Virus record (IMG/VR): IMGVR_UViG_3300044691_000347
Location: 27,378 to 91,377 of that record
Direction: 5' to 3' (one strand)
Length of the DNA: 64,000 nucleotides
Source: a virus
Below the pieces are notes generated by a model. The model did no database searches. It had not been told where the DNA came from and saw only the letters and a program-made list of their open reading frames with translations. This document shows, one piece after another, positions 35,307-43,783 of the stretch. Position numbers and translations under genes: made by a program. The first letter of the stretch is position 1. Each line of letters begins with the position of its first letter.

Positions 35307-36188
35307 TCAAAACCTCATCTCGGTGAGTTCACGTTCAGTGGTGGGCAGCCCTTCGATGGCCTCGCCATAGAGGCGGACCATCTCGGCGGCGTTCGCCTCG
35401 AATGCGCGGACGGCTTCGAGGATTGCCTCAAACCACTTCTGCTGTGGCAGCACTCGGCTTACATAGAGGGGCATCCCCCCTGCGAAAGACACGTAGTCGC
35501 ACCACGCGCGTCCGGAGACGAGCAGCCCGCATTGCATCTGCGCCATGTTCTCGATTGGCGGGTGGTCTGCGAGGATCGTTTCAAGGTGGATCTTCGGGCG
35601 CCGGGATTTCACCTCGATCAATCCGTCAGCGCCGACGAGACCGTCCGGGGAGTAGCCAAGTTGGATGCCGCGGTGCTCACGAACCATGAAACCGACTTCT
35701 TGGACGGGGGCGTAGTGCTCGCTGTACTTGTCGCGGGCGCGGGGTTCGTCTTCGAGGCCACGGAACATGTCTTCACTCATGAATGTGGGATCGATCCATC
35801 CGGTGATGCGTTCGGCGACGAGCAATGCTGTGAGGCCGCGGGATGTGTCGTTGCTGGCGGTCTCGAACCTGGTGTTCGCGGAGTTGCGGCGGGCCAGTTC
35901 GGCGCGTTCCGGATGCAGGGTCTTGATTGCTGCGTCGGCCTTAACTTTGCTACGGCACGGGTCGTTTGCTGCCGCGCCACATGCAGTGCAGACGTAGTCG
36001 GACGCGGAGGGCTTGCGTGTGGTGATGAGGTTGCCGACGACGGACGCGGTGACGATCCCTCGCCGCTGGGCGAGCCATTCGTCCGAGCCCTGGAGTAGGT
36101 CTGGATAGACACTGAGGTGCGCCCGGTGCCATTCAGGTGAGCCGTGCTCGGTGGGCGGGAGTTCGTGGCGCATAGCGAGTTCGGTCAT
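35307..36188 (-). CDS. YqaJ/lambda-type recombination exonuclease with a Zn-finger insert
   Basis: QGSDEWLAQRRGIVTAS, GYSPDGLVG, IEVKSR and QMQ motifs. Confidence 0.9.
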   Translation of the reverse strand: MTELAMRHELPPTEHGSPEWHRAHLSVYPDLLQGSDEWLAQRRGIVTASVVGNLITTRKPSASDYVCTACGAAANDPCRSKVKADAAIKTLHPERAELARRNSANTRFETASNDTSRGLTALLVAERITGWIDPTFMSEDMFRGLEDEPRARDKYSEHYAPVQEVGFMVREHRGIQLGYSPDGLVGADGLIEVKSRRPKIHLETILADHPPIENMAQMQCGLLVSGRAWCDYVSFAGGMPLYVSRVLPQQKWFEAILEAVRAFEANAAEMVRLYGEAIEGLPTTERELTEMRF

Positions 36189-36295
36189 CAGTGGCCGCCC
36201 AGAAGTATGTAAATGACGAAGATAAGAGTCGCCCCGAGCGCCATGGCGGCCAGTTCGGCGAGGAGTCCGTACATCAGTCCACGGAAGGTGTTCAC
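36188..36295 (-). CDS. small membrane protein
   Basis: Hand translation MNTFRGLMYGLLAELAAMALGATLIFVIYILLGGH. Confidence 0.5.
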   Translation of the reverse strand: MNTFRGLMYGLLAELAAMALGATLIFVIYILLGGH

Positions 36296-36543
36296 TTCTC
36301 CCCCTTCAATCGCCGAATTTCGTCTGCCTGTCCGTCGATCACGGTCTGCTGGTAGTCGACAGCGGTTCGGAGGGCGGAAACCTCGCGTGCCATCGCCGTG
36401 ACCTGTCGGGCCAAACCGAGAACGGCCAAACTCATCTGGTCGGCGTCGTTGATGTCGGCCCAGCCGATGTCGTCTTGGGCGGCCTGCGCGTGTTTGACCA
36501 GGTCATCGGCTGGTCGAAGGTCTGTCGTATGATGTTCGTGCAT
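36292..36543 (-). CDS. coiled-coil hypothetical protein, first early gene
   Basis: AAAGGA RBS; heptad pattern. Confidence 0.65.
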   Translation of the reverse strand: MHEHHTTDLRPADDLVKHAQAAQDDIGWADINDADQMSLAVLGLARQVTAMAREVSALRTAVDYQQTVIDGQADEIRRLKGEK

Positions 36544-36654
36544 GCCGCGTGATCCTTTGCTTGGGCGTGGTGCGCATTGCCCGTCCCCCATGCCAGTGGG
36601 GGCGGGCGTTTTAGTGTTTAGAAGTAGACGGTCATGCGATAGCGTCTATCGTAG

Positions 36655-36683
36655 ATAGTAGCTCGTATCATACGGCTACGCAA
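36655..36683 (-). promoter_or_regulatory. early lytic promoter flanked by 11-bp inverted repeats
   Basis: TTGCGT-N17-TACTAT; CATGCGATAGC (36633-36643) / GCTATCGCATG (36692-36702); CTACGATAG next to the -10. Confidence 0.6.
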
Positions 36684-36886
36684 GGGTGTCGGCTATCGCA
36701 TGCATTACATCAGTGGATAGTTGTTTGACCTGCGATTATGCGCAGGATGACACAGCCGGGTCGCGGAGGCGATGTACTTCACTGTTCCCAATCGGCTCGC
36801 ACTGTCATAACATCGATGCATGACAGCGTTCCTTACCTGACGGTAGGGAAAGATCAACGGCCGATCCGCGCACAGAAGGGTCTCTT

Positions 36887-37318
36887 GTGACGACCGACCA
36901 AACCACCACCACCACCTCGTGGTGGGATTATGTTGACCTGCTGATGCGGGCAGAGCGCATCAACAACGCCGAGTTGGCTAACGCCATCGGGGTCACCCCG
37001 GGAACCGTCGGAAGGTGGAAACTGCACTCGGTCGACGCCAAGAGCGCCGTCCTTGTCGCCAGACATTTCCGCCGGCCGGTCGGCGAAGCCCTAGCGCGAG
37101 CCGGAATCGTCCACGAAGACGAGCTCGGCTACAGCGCGCCACCCCTGCCGGAACCCAACCGCCTCACCAACGACCAGCTCGTCAGCGAACTTCTTCGGCG
37201 ATTGCGCCCGGACGAGGCCGCCGCCGCCAGCGAATCGCCCGCAGAAGATTTGACCGAAGCGGCAGATGCGGCTCCCGCAACGCGCACTGTACGTAAACGA
37301 ACACCAAACCGGAGCTGA
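36887..37318 (+). CDS. immunity repressor (Xre HTH)
   Basis: NAELANAIGVTPGTVGRW...EALARAG...LTNDQLVSELLRRL; divergent from the early operon. Confidence 0.78.
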   Translation: MTTDQTTTTTSWWDYVDLLMRAERINNAELANAIGVTPGTVGRWKLHSVDAKSAVLVARHFRRPVGEALARAGIVHEDELGYSAPPLPEPNRLTNDQLVSELLRRLRPDEAAAASESPAEDLTEAADAAPATRTVRKRTPNRS

Positions 37319-37378
37319 GCCACGAAAAACGGCGCCGACTGGAGCCCCCGCCACCAGTCGACGCCTGAGACTGTCCGT

Positions 37379-37846
37379 TCAGGCCGCGGAACCTAACTCG
37401 CCGATAGCCTCACCGAACAGTCGATCTTGTCGCAGCCGGTGTTCCTCCGATGCCCGGATCACTTGCGCGATCGGATCGGTCGGGAACGCTTCGAGGTTGA
37501 TCACGCACTCCCAATAGCTTCGGCCGCCTTGGGTGCCAACCTGCCAGAAGTCATCGGCGGTCGGCGGCTCGAACCACGCCGCCCAGCCCGCGCCGGCGAG
37601 TACTGCGCGTTCTTCGTCGGCGATGCCGACGTAGGGGTAAATGTCGATGTGGGCGGTGTCATGCCAGACGGTGACGCGCCCAACCTCTTTCCAGAGTGCG
37701 CCGCAGTCGTCGGGCCACCAGCTGACGATCCCGTGCGGGAGCTTCATGGTGATGCCGAGTGTCGTCAGCTCGATGACGCCGCGAGCGTAGATGGCTGGGC
37801 ATTGGTATGGCTGAGAGAGGTCGCGCATCATTGAGGGTCCTGTCAC
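37379..37846 (-). CDS. hypothetical protein
   Basis: ORF track; divergent from an Xre gene. Confidence 0.6.
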   Translation of the reverse strand: MTGPSMMRDLSQPYQCPAIYARGVIELTTLGITMKLPHGIVSWWPDDCGALWKEVGRVTVWHDTAHIDIYPYVGIADEERAVLAGAGWAAWFEPPTADDFWQVGTQGGRSYWECVINLEAFPTDPIAQVIRASEEHRLRQDRLFGEAIGELGSAA

Positions 37847-37990
37847 GGTGCCACGTCTCGCCCCGCCCTCCCGATTGGGTCTCGGCTGCTCGTGAATAGT
37901 GTGGATTGATGTCCCGCAAAATCGGGTATGGACACACCGTAGTACCCTGATTGTGGGTACCGCAAGGTCTGGTAGCGGCGCGTTAGCATA

Positions 37991-38389
37991 ATGAGGACTT
38001 TGGTCCCTGAACTGGTTTCTGCCGGTAACGATCGGAGACCTGGACCGATGACCGGGTTAAAGTTAGGTGTGGAGCGGTACCGAGACCTGAACGTGGTGCT
38101 TGGGCGTGTGATCGCTGAGCGCCGTGAAAGCCTGGGACTGACACAGGAACAGGTGTGGACCGCCGTCGGCCAGAACAGGAACTCATACCGTCGCCTCGAA
38201 TATGGGCAACGTGAAGTTACCGCGGAGCTACTGAAACAGGTTGCTTCGGTCCTGGAAACCCATGCGTGGAGTCTGTTACAGCGTGCCGAAACCGGTTCCA
38301 CACTGGTTGAAACTGGGCCTGCGCCCCGGCAAGTCGAGCAGCAGCGGGACGCGACAACCAACCTGGGGGCCGAGCTCGGGTTCGAATAA
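37991..38389 (+). CDS. Xre-family HTH regulator
   Basis: RRESLGLTQEQV...NSYRRLEYGQR. Confidence 0.8.
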   Translation: MRTLVPELVSAGNDRRPGPMTGLKLGVERYRDLNVVLGRVIAERRESLGLTQEQVWTAVGQNRNSYRRLEYGQREVTAELLKQVASVLETHAWSLLQRAETGSTLVETGPAPRQVEQQRDATTNLGAELGFE

Positions 38390-38426
38390 TGCTCGAATGA
38401 AATTGTGGCGGCGAACTCGCGGCGGC

Positions 38427-39251
38427 ATGTCGGGCTATCTCCCTAGACTGGCCGATGTGGTGGTATTTGTTGTTCTTATGCTTGCCGTAGCATTCGCCCG
38501 GCTCAGCATGTGGCGAACCCGCCCACGATCCCACACGTTCACGGTCGCACTTTTCGTCCTCGGGGTGGCGTTCGTGTTGTCGCTGCCCTATATCGGAGAC
38601 CGGTATGTCGATCCGGCGCTGTCGTTCGCCGGCGCCAACATCAGCGATCTCGCGCATACGATCCTGGTTGTTGTTGCCTGCTGGTTGTTCGGGGTGATCA
38701 ATTTGCGTGCCCTCTCGTGGAGTGGTTGGCAGCACGTGTGGACTGTGTGTGCCGCGTTCGCTGTCGCGGCCCTCGTTGTGCTGTGGCGGGTCGGGGATGT
38801 GTCGCGGGTGCCGGTGGATCGGGAGATGCAGCTCCAGGATTGGCCGACGAACACGTATCTGGGGATTTTCTACGGGTTCGCGGCGGCGACATGTGTGCTG
38901 GTTTTTTTGGGATCGGCCGCGGCGTGGCGGTCGAGTCGGCGGGCACTGCGGGGTGCGCTGCTGGCGTTGTGCGGTGTTGGCGTGCTGGGCGTGACCTATG
39001 TCGGGATCGGCGTGTTTTGGTTGGTGCATCGGACGGTGTGGATGCAGGCCGATGGGACTTTTCTGTTGCTGGCTGGCCCGGGTTTGTTGGTGGTCGGCAT
39101 CTCGCTGGCGGGGGTGGCGCCTGTGGTGGATACGTGGCGGCGTCGTGTGCGGGTGAGGCAACAGGCGTGGTCGGGGGCCGAAAGTCGAGACAGTCTCAGG
39201 ACATCTGAGGACCACCATGGGTCACCAACAACCCCCACCGATAACCACTAA
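38427..39251 (+). CDS. polytopic (about 7 TM) membrane protein, MAB_1171c-like
   Basis: About seven hydrophobic segments, NISDLAH motif, downstream of Xre. Confidence 0.7.
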   Translation: MSGYLPRLADVVVFVVLMLAVAFARLSMWRTRPRSHTFTVALFVLGVAFVLSLPYIGDRYVDPALSFAGANISDLAHTILVVVACWLFGVINLRALSWSGWQHVWTVCAAFAVAALVVLWRVGDVSRVPVDREMQLQDWPTNTYLGIFYGFAAATCVLVFLGSAAAWRSSRRALRGALLALCGVGVLGVTYVGIGVFWLVHRTVWMQADGTFLLLAGPGLLVVGISLAGVAPVVDTWRRRVRVRQQAWSGAESRDSLRTSEDHHGSPTTPTDNH

Positions 39252-39493
39252 TGCCCAGGTGGGACGGGTTTCGACTCTAACCCGCCCACCTGGGCCTTTA
39301 GGTCCTAATTCATCGTGTAAATGAACTCAGCCATGCCGAGCAGCCTAGTAGGCCCCAACCGATCCACGCCTTGGGGGCACCGACTCCGCGCAGCTAGGCA
39401 ACAAGATTCAGTCCAAATCCACTATGCCCGAATCAGGCTCCACAACAGGACCCTCACTGCCGTCTCCGCCATCAGGACACTCCGGAGACAGTC
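39187..39493. other. attP: core 39309-39334 (copy of the ettA 5' end) with arm-type repeats
   Basis: Minus strand ATGGCTGAGTTCATTTACACGATGAATTAG = MAEFIYTMN*; TTCAT-N7-ATGAA core; GAGACAGTC and TCAGGACA repeated on both sides. Confidence 0.8.
39255..39297. terminator. GC-rich hairpin beside the attP core
   Basis: GCCCAGGTGGGACGGGTT...AACCCGCCCACCTGGGC. Confidence 0.65.
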
Positions 39494-40727
39494 CGAGATC
39501 GACGACTGCCCCGAAGACACCGTCGATCGCCGCACGAGACCTCGCGTGACTCGACGGCATCAGATGCGTGTAGGTCCGCAACGTGAGCGCCGGATCGCCG
39601 TGACCCAGGTAGTCCGCAAGTTCCCGAATCGACACCAGATTCGCCAACTGCACCGACGCATAGAAGTGCCGCAGCTGGTGTTCGCCGTCGATGCGTCGCC
39701 GCATCGGTATGCCAGCTTTCCGGAACGCACCCCGCCACACCGTGGCATGGAACAGCTCCCCATACCACGTCTTCTTGTCCTCACGCGACATCAAGACGTG
39801 CGCCGTCACCAACGGGCCGTCAGCAAACTTCCAGGGCAGCGTGACCGAGATCGGCGGAAACGCCTCGACGTAGGCGTCGATCGACTTGAGTACATAGTCC
39901 GCCACTGGGACACTGCGTGTCCGATCATGTTTAGGAAGGGAGAACACCACTGCGCCATCCGACAGCCGCCGAATCTGGCGCTGCACATGCAGTACCCCCT
40001 CGTCACGATCCAGATCTTCGCCTACATCAACCGCAAGCATCTCCCCACGCCGCAACCCCAGACCGGCGCCGAGAGGAATGACGATCTTGCTCCGTTTAGG
40101 CAGAGCCTCATGGATCGCGTCGACCTTTGACTTGGCCCACGGGATCAACACCTTCTTGGGCACCTTCGGCGGAGTGATCGACTTAGACCGGCACGGGTTC
40201 TCGGTGATGTACTTCTCCCGAACAGCCATATCCAAAATGGACGACAGCTGACGGAACAACTGGGACACATACGACGGATCAAGCCGGCGCCCATAGTAGG
40301 TGCGCTCCCCTACCCATTCCAGCCAGTCACGTACCGCGACGACAGTGCCAGTTCGCGCAATCGCGTAGGACTCGAAGAACGGCAAAATATGCTGACTGAT
40401 CTGCGTCTCAGTCGTATTGCGGCTACTCGGGTCCGCAGACGTCCCTTTGATCCAGTCGGCCGCAACCTTCTTGAAGGCTGTCTTGCCGATGTGCGGGTCG
40501 ATGTAGTTGCGCTGGTTCAGATCGTTTTCGACCTCCACGGCGAACGCGTCCGCTTCACGCTTACGCTTGTCGGCGAACGACTTCGAGCCCTGACCGCCTC
40601 CGGGCTTGTTCCAGCGCACCTTGTACCGCATGCCCGAACCATGCTTGTCGGTTTTGACCTTGATCGTCTTCTTGGAGTCACCCGGATCGGGCTCGTCGGT
40701 GAACCACAGGTCTGTGACAGTAGCCAT
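39408..40727 (-). CDS. int: tyrosine integrase
   Basis: GLRRGE, HQLRH and LGH...TLRTYTH catalytic motifs. Confidence 0.95.
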   Translation of the reverse strand: MATVTDLWFTDEPDPGDSKKTIKVKTDKHGSGMRYKVRWNKPGGGQGSKSFADKRKREADAFAVEVENDLNQRNYIDPHIGKTAFKKVAADWIKGTSADPSSRNTTETQISQHILPFFESYAIARTGTVVAVRDWLEWVGERTYYGRRLDPSYVSQLFRQLSSILDMAVREKYITENPCRSKSITPPKVPKKVLIPWAKSKVDAIHEALPKRSKIVIPLGAGLGLRRGEMLAVDVGEDLDRDEGVLHVQRQIRRLSDGAVVFSLPKHDRTRSVPVADYVLKSIDAYVEAFPPISVTLPWKFADGPLVTAHVLMSREDKKTWYGELFHATVWRGAFRKAGIPMRRRIDGEHQLRHFYASVQLANLVSIRELADYLGHGDPALTLRTYTHLMPSSHARSRAAIDGVFGAVVDLGLSPECPDGGDGSEGPVVEPDSGIVDLD

Positions 40728-40736
40728 CCCTGTGCC

Positions 40737-40988
40737 TCACGCCGCCGTGACGGTGTCGCCGTCTTCGGCCAGCCACGCCATGACCGTGCGAGGATCCCAG
40801 CGCAGATGACGCCCCATTTTGCCGCCACGGACAGGGGTTGGTCCGCCTCCGGTTTTCCGCCAGTGGTAGATGGTTTCCGGCCTGACCTTCAGGAACGCGG
40901 CGAGGTCGTGGATGTCCCACAAGCCCGGGATCGGCGCGCCGGACGGGTTACTGATGTCGAGCTGAACAGGTTCGGGCATGTCGCCCAC
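40737..40988 (-). CDS. xis: excisionase / AlpA-like HTH
   Basis: LWDIHDLAAFLKVRPETIYHWRKTGGGP...GRHLRW; directly upstream of int. Confidence 0.8.
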   Translation of the reverse strand: MGDMPEPVQLDISNPSGAPIPGLWDIHDLAAFLKVRPETIYHWRKTGGGPTPVRGGKMGRHLRWDPRTVMAWLAEDGDTVTAA

Positions 40989-41090
40989 CTCCAGATACGA
41001 TAGCTTTCACTGCATGTAGTCTCTGCTATCATATCAGGTACGGTCAATCACCGACAGCACCCACGATCCAGCGACTCAACCTGGGACATG

Positions 41091-41280
41091 CGAAAACCCC
41101 CGAGAGCGCTTCCCAGACTCTCAGGGGTTTCCGTTAGCCCATCCCTCCCTCACCACCAGCGGGAGGAAAAGGCTGTCTTCGTGCAGAGTCCCCCGGTTCA
41201 GCCGCTACCGGAACCGGGGGCCCGCATTCCCGTCGTCGACATACGCTCCGAGGTCCAGGAGCGTGACGGGAAGTCTTTGC
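41091..41280 (-). other. array of four consecutive RNA hairpins
   Basis: Stems at 41091-41133, 41136-41174, 41190-41220 and 41227-41272. Confidence 0.55.
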
Positions 41281-41397
41281 GCTACATCAGCGACGCCGGT
41301 CCGTCACACTCAAGTGCTCTTCATGGTCTTCGCGCGGGTCCTCGTTCCAGTTGTCGCCAGCGCTACCGTCAGGTCCGGGTGCTTCCATCACAGCTAT

Positions 41398-41661
41398 TCA
41401 CCTCCTCCCAGTCATCGCAGATCGAATTTCGGCCACAGTGTCTCTGTAGCCGGGGCCTGCAACCGACCTGCGACCGAGAGGAGTGATGCGCCACCCGAAA
41501 GGGCGGTTAGTCACCTGGCCGTCATACGCCAACATTTTGAGCATCTTCCGCACCGCCCGGGCGGGCAAAAGGGTTTTGGCGCATAACTCGTCGACGGTTT
41601 GGTCGGAGCTCTGAATAGTAAGGGCCGCAAGAACTTTCGTCTCAGACTCAGAAAACGCCAT
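41398..41661 (-). CDS. winged-HTH protein
   Basis: TVDELCAKTLLPARAVRKMLKML...WRITPLGR. Confidence 0.7.
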   Translation of the reverse strand: MAFSESETKVLAALTIQSSDQTVDELCAKTLLPARAVRKMLKMLAYDGQVTNRPFGWRITPLGRRSVAGPGYRDTVAEIRSAMTGRR

Positions 41662-41897
41662 CACGGCCCCTCTCGCATCGAAACAGTTTTGGACAGGTTG
41701 GACAGGCAAGCCCCCGGGCTCGAACTGCAAAGGGCGTCACGGACCGGACCCGCGGGCTGCCTACTCCCGCCAGCCGATGAGGTACCGGCGGAAGATCATC
41801 GTTGTGAAGCCTCCGGCGGCCAGCGTGTGGAGCGGATACCGCCGGAGACTCCCAACATCCCGCCAGACGCCGAATGACTTGCGCGGGCGGGAGACTT

Positions 41898-42101
41898 TTA
41901 TTCGCGCGGACGCTGCGATTCCCGCATCACGTCGCGATCGGAACTCGGGCACAGCCGGCCGCGCTCAGCCTCATGGTCAACGATCCAGAGGCGCCTAACG
42001 TTGCCTTGTACACGCACCTCGCGTCCGCAGTCCGGGCATGCCATCTGAAACAGGCCCACAAAATCTGTACTGTTCGGCATGTAGTAGGGCTGGGGCGTCA
42101 T
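41898..42101 (-). CDS. small Zn-ribbon protein
   Basis: CPDCGR...DH...CPSS. Confidence 0.6.
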   Translation of the reverse strand: MTPQPYYMPNSTDFVGLFQMACPDCGREVRVQGNVRRLWIVDHEAERGRLCPSSDRDVMRESQRPRE

Positions 42102-42412
42102 CGTGCACCGCCATGGCAGACTGGGATTTCACCTGTATCCAACACCGCAGCCCAAAAAGCGCGCTGCACTGCATCCCACAAATCTTGATGGCGCCCCAGC
42201 CGTTCGCGGGCATCGACGAGTTCCATGGCTCCCTTGAACACCAGGGTTCCCGGCTGCACAGCCGGCAACGGCGTATCCGGCCACTCCACGGCAGGACTGG
42301 CATCGTCCCTGACCTGGACTCGCAGTATCCACGGACGGCGGCCAGTGAGCCGCCAGGTAGCGGACTTCCGGCCGTCGTCTGTGGTGGTTGTATGTTCGGC
42401 AGTCTGGTTCAT
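42098..42412 (-). CDS. hypothetical protein
   Basis: MNQTAEH; ATGA overlaps. Confidence 0.65.
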   Translation of the reverse strand: MNQTAEHTTTTDDGRKSATWRLTGRRPWILRVQVRDDASPAVEWPDTPLPAVQPGTLVFKGAMELVDARERLGRHQDLWDAVQRAFWAAVLDTGEIPVCHGGAR

Positions 42413-42549
42413 CGGACACCCTTGGCTGCCCACAGGCGCAGGTAGGCGAGGATGTAAGCAAGCGCGTCTGCGGATGGCATCTCGACCGCAGTAAGCGGAG
42501 CGACGGGTTTGCGTTGCGGCAGTGTGTCTCTGGATGGTGGAAGACCCAT
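42409..42549 (-). CDS. small hypothetical protein
   Basis: Hand translation MGLPPSRDTLPQRKP; strong RBS. Confidence 0.45.
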   Translation of the reverse strand: MGLPPSRDTLPQRKPVAPLTAVEMPSADALAYILAYLRLWAAKGVR

Positions 42550-42892
42550 GGCTTCCCCTTCCTAAACGTGTAGTCGGCGTGTGTCGGGCGCGCACCCCGG
42601 TGCGACTAGACGCCCGTGATGTATGGTCGTCGGCATCCCGGTACCCCGGAGGCGCAATCTAGGTGCGCCTGGCGGTTACCCGATTTGGAGCCCCACCCCG
42701 AAGCTTCCGCTTCCGGGTCGGTTCTGGCTTCCACCAGGCGCGATATAAGAACACCACTGGACATACCGGTGTTGCAAGCGCACCATGAAATTGCTGAGGA
42801 ACTTTTCCAAAGGCCCAGAAGGATTTTCCCAGATGCAAGAATTTTTTGCAGAGAGCAAAAGGCGGCCTGTCACCATGCAAAACGGAGGGACT

Positions 42893-43783
42893 GTGACGAA
42901 CGACGATGATGCTGGCACCACGCTGCCAAGACGGCAGTTGGGGCAGTATCTCAAGGATGCGCGGAACTCGCTCAACCTCACGCTCGAAGACGTGGCACCA
43001 CGCATACAGTGGTCGATATCCACGCTCTCGCGCGTGGAGTCGGGCAAGTCCCCCAGCGTCCGCATCGCCGACGTGGAAGCGCTGTGCAGGATCTATGAGC
43101 TGGAAGATCCCGTCGTAGTGGCCGGTCTCGTCGGGCTAGCCAAACAGAGCACAGGTCCGAGCTGGTGGCAGGCATACGACGACATCATCGGCGGCAGCAC
43201 CTTCGACCTGTACGTCGGCATGGAGTCGAGTTCCCGAAGTCTTCGAGTCTTCCGGCCAGATATCCCAAGCGGACTGTTTCAGACAGCCGCCTACGCTCGC
43301 GAGATCGAACGCCTGTACGTGCCAGGCATCACCGAAGAGGAACTGGATCGTCGGATCGAACTGAGAGCGAAGCGGCAAGCGCTGATCACCCGCAAGACCA
43401 ATCCGGCAACGATTGAACTCATCATCGGTGAAGGCGCGCTGCGGACTGTCGTCGGCGGACCAGACATCATGGAAGACGAACTGCTCCATCTGGCTGCCAT
43501 GCCAGCGAGCGTGACTGTGCTGGTGCTGCCCTTCGATGCTGGGTTCCCGGCTGGCATCCCGACGGGGCCCTTCACGATCCTGGACTTCGGCAAAGACTCG
43601 AAGGGCCGCGAGGTCTCGCCGCCCGTCGTCTACATCGAGTCGTATGCTGGCGACATCTACCTGGAGCGCCTCAAGGACGTGGCAAGGTATCGTCAGGCGT
43701 ATAGCGTCATACAGCAATCGTGCCTTGACGTTGCATCCAGCAAACGCCTGCTCAGGCAGGCAGCAAAGGAGTTTCGAGCGTGA
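42893..43783 (+). CDS. Xre HTH + DUF5753 regulator (WhiJ/Scr1-like)
   Basis: LPRRQLG..L...R, WWQAY, GLFQTAAYAR, RAKRQALI, IGEGAL, GPFTILDF and VVYIES motifs. Confidence 0.9.
   Translation: MTNDDDAGTTLPRRQLGQYLKDARNSLNLTLEDVAPRIQWSISTLSRVESGKSPSVRIADVEALCRIYELEDPVVVAGLVGLAKQSTGPSWWQAYDDIIGGSTFDLYVGMESSSRSLRVFRPDIPSGLFQTAAYAREIERLYVPGITEEELDRRIELRAKRQALITRKTNPATIELIIGEGALRTVVGGPDIMEDELLHLAAMPASVTVLVLPFDAGFPAGIPTGPFTILDFGKDSKGREVSPPVVYIESYAGDIYLERLKDVARYRQAYSVIQQSCLDVASSKRLLRQAAKEFRA

Noticed and set aside
38217-39218. 333-aa minus and 232-aa plus ORFs over the membrane gene
   Set aside because: Low-complexity shadow frames of the hydrophobic 38427-39251 gene.
39321-40130. 269-aa plus-strand ORF
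   Set aside because: Antisense shadow of the integrase; Arg-rich composition typical of GC-rich off-frames.
42670-42760. C4/ash-type antisense RNA
   Set aside because: The region is structured, but I could not match specific conserved C4 elements by eye. Treated as a generic structured leader.
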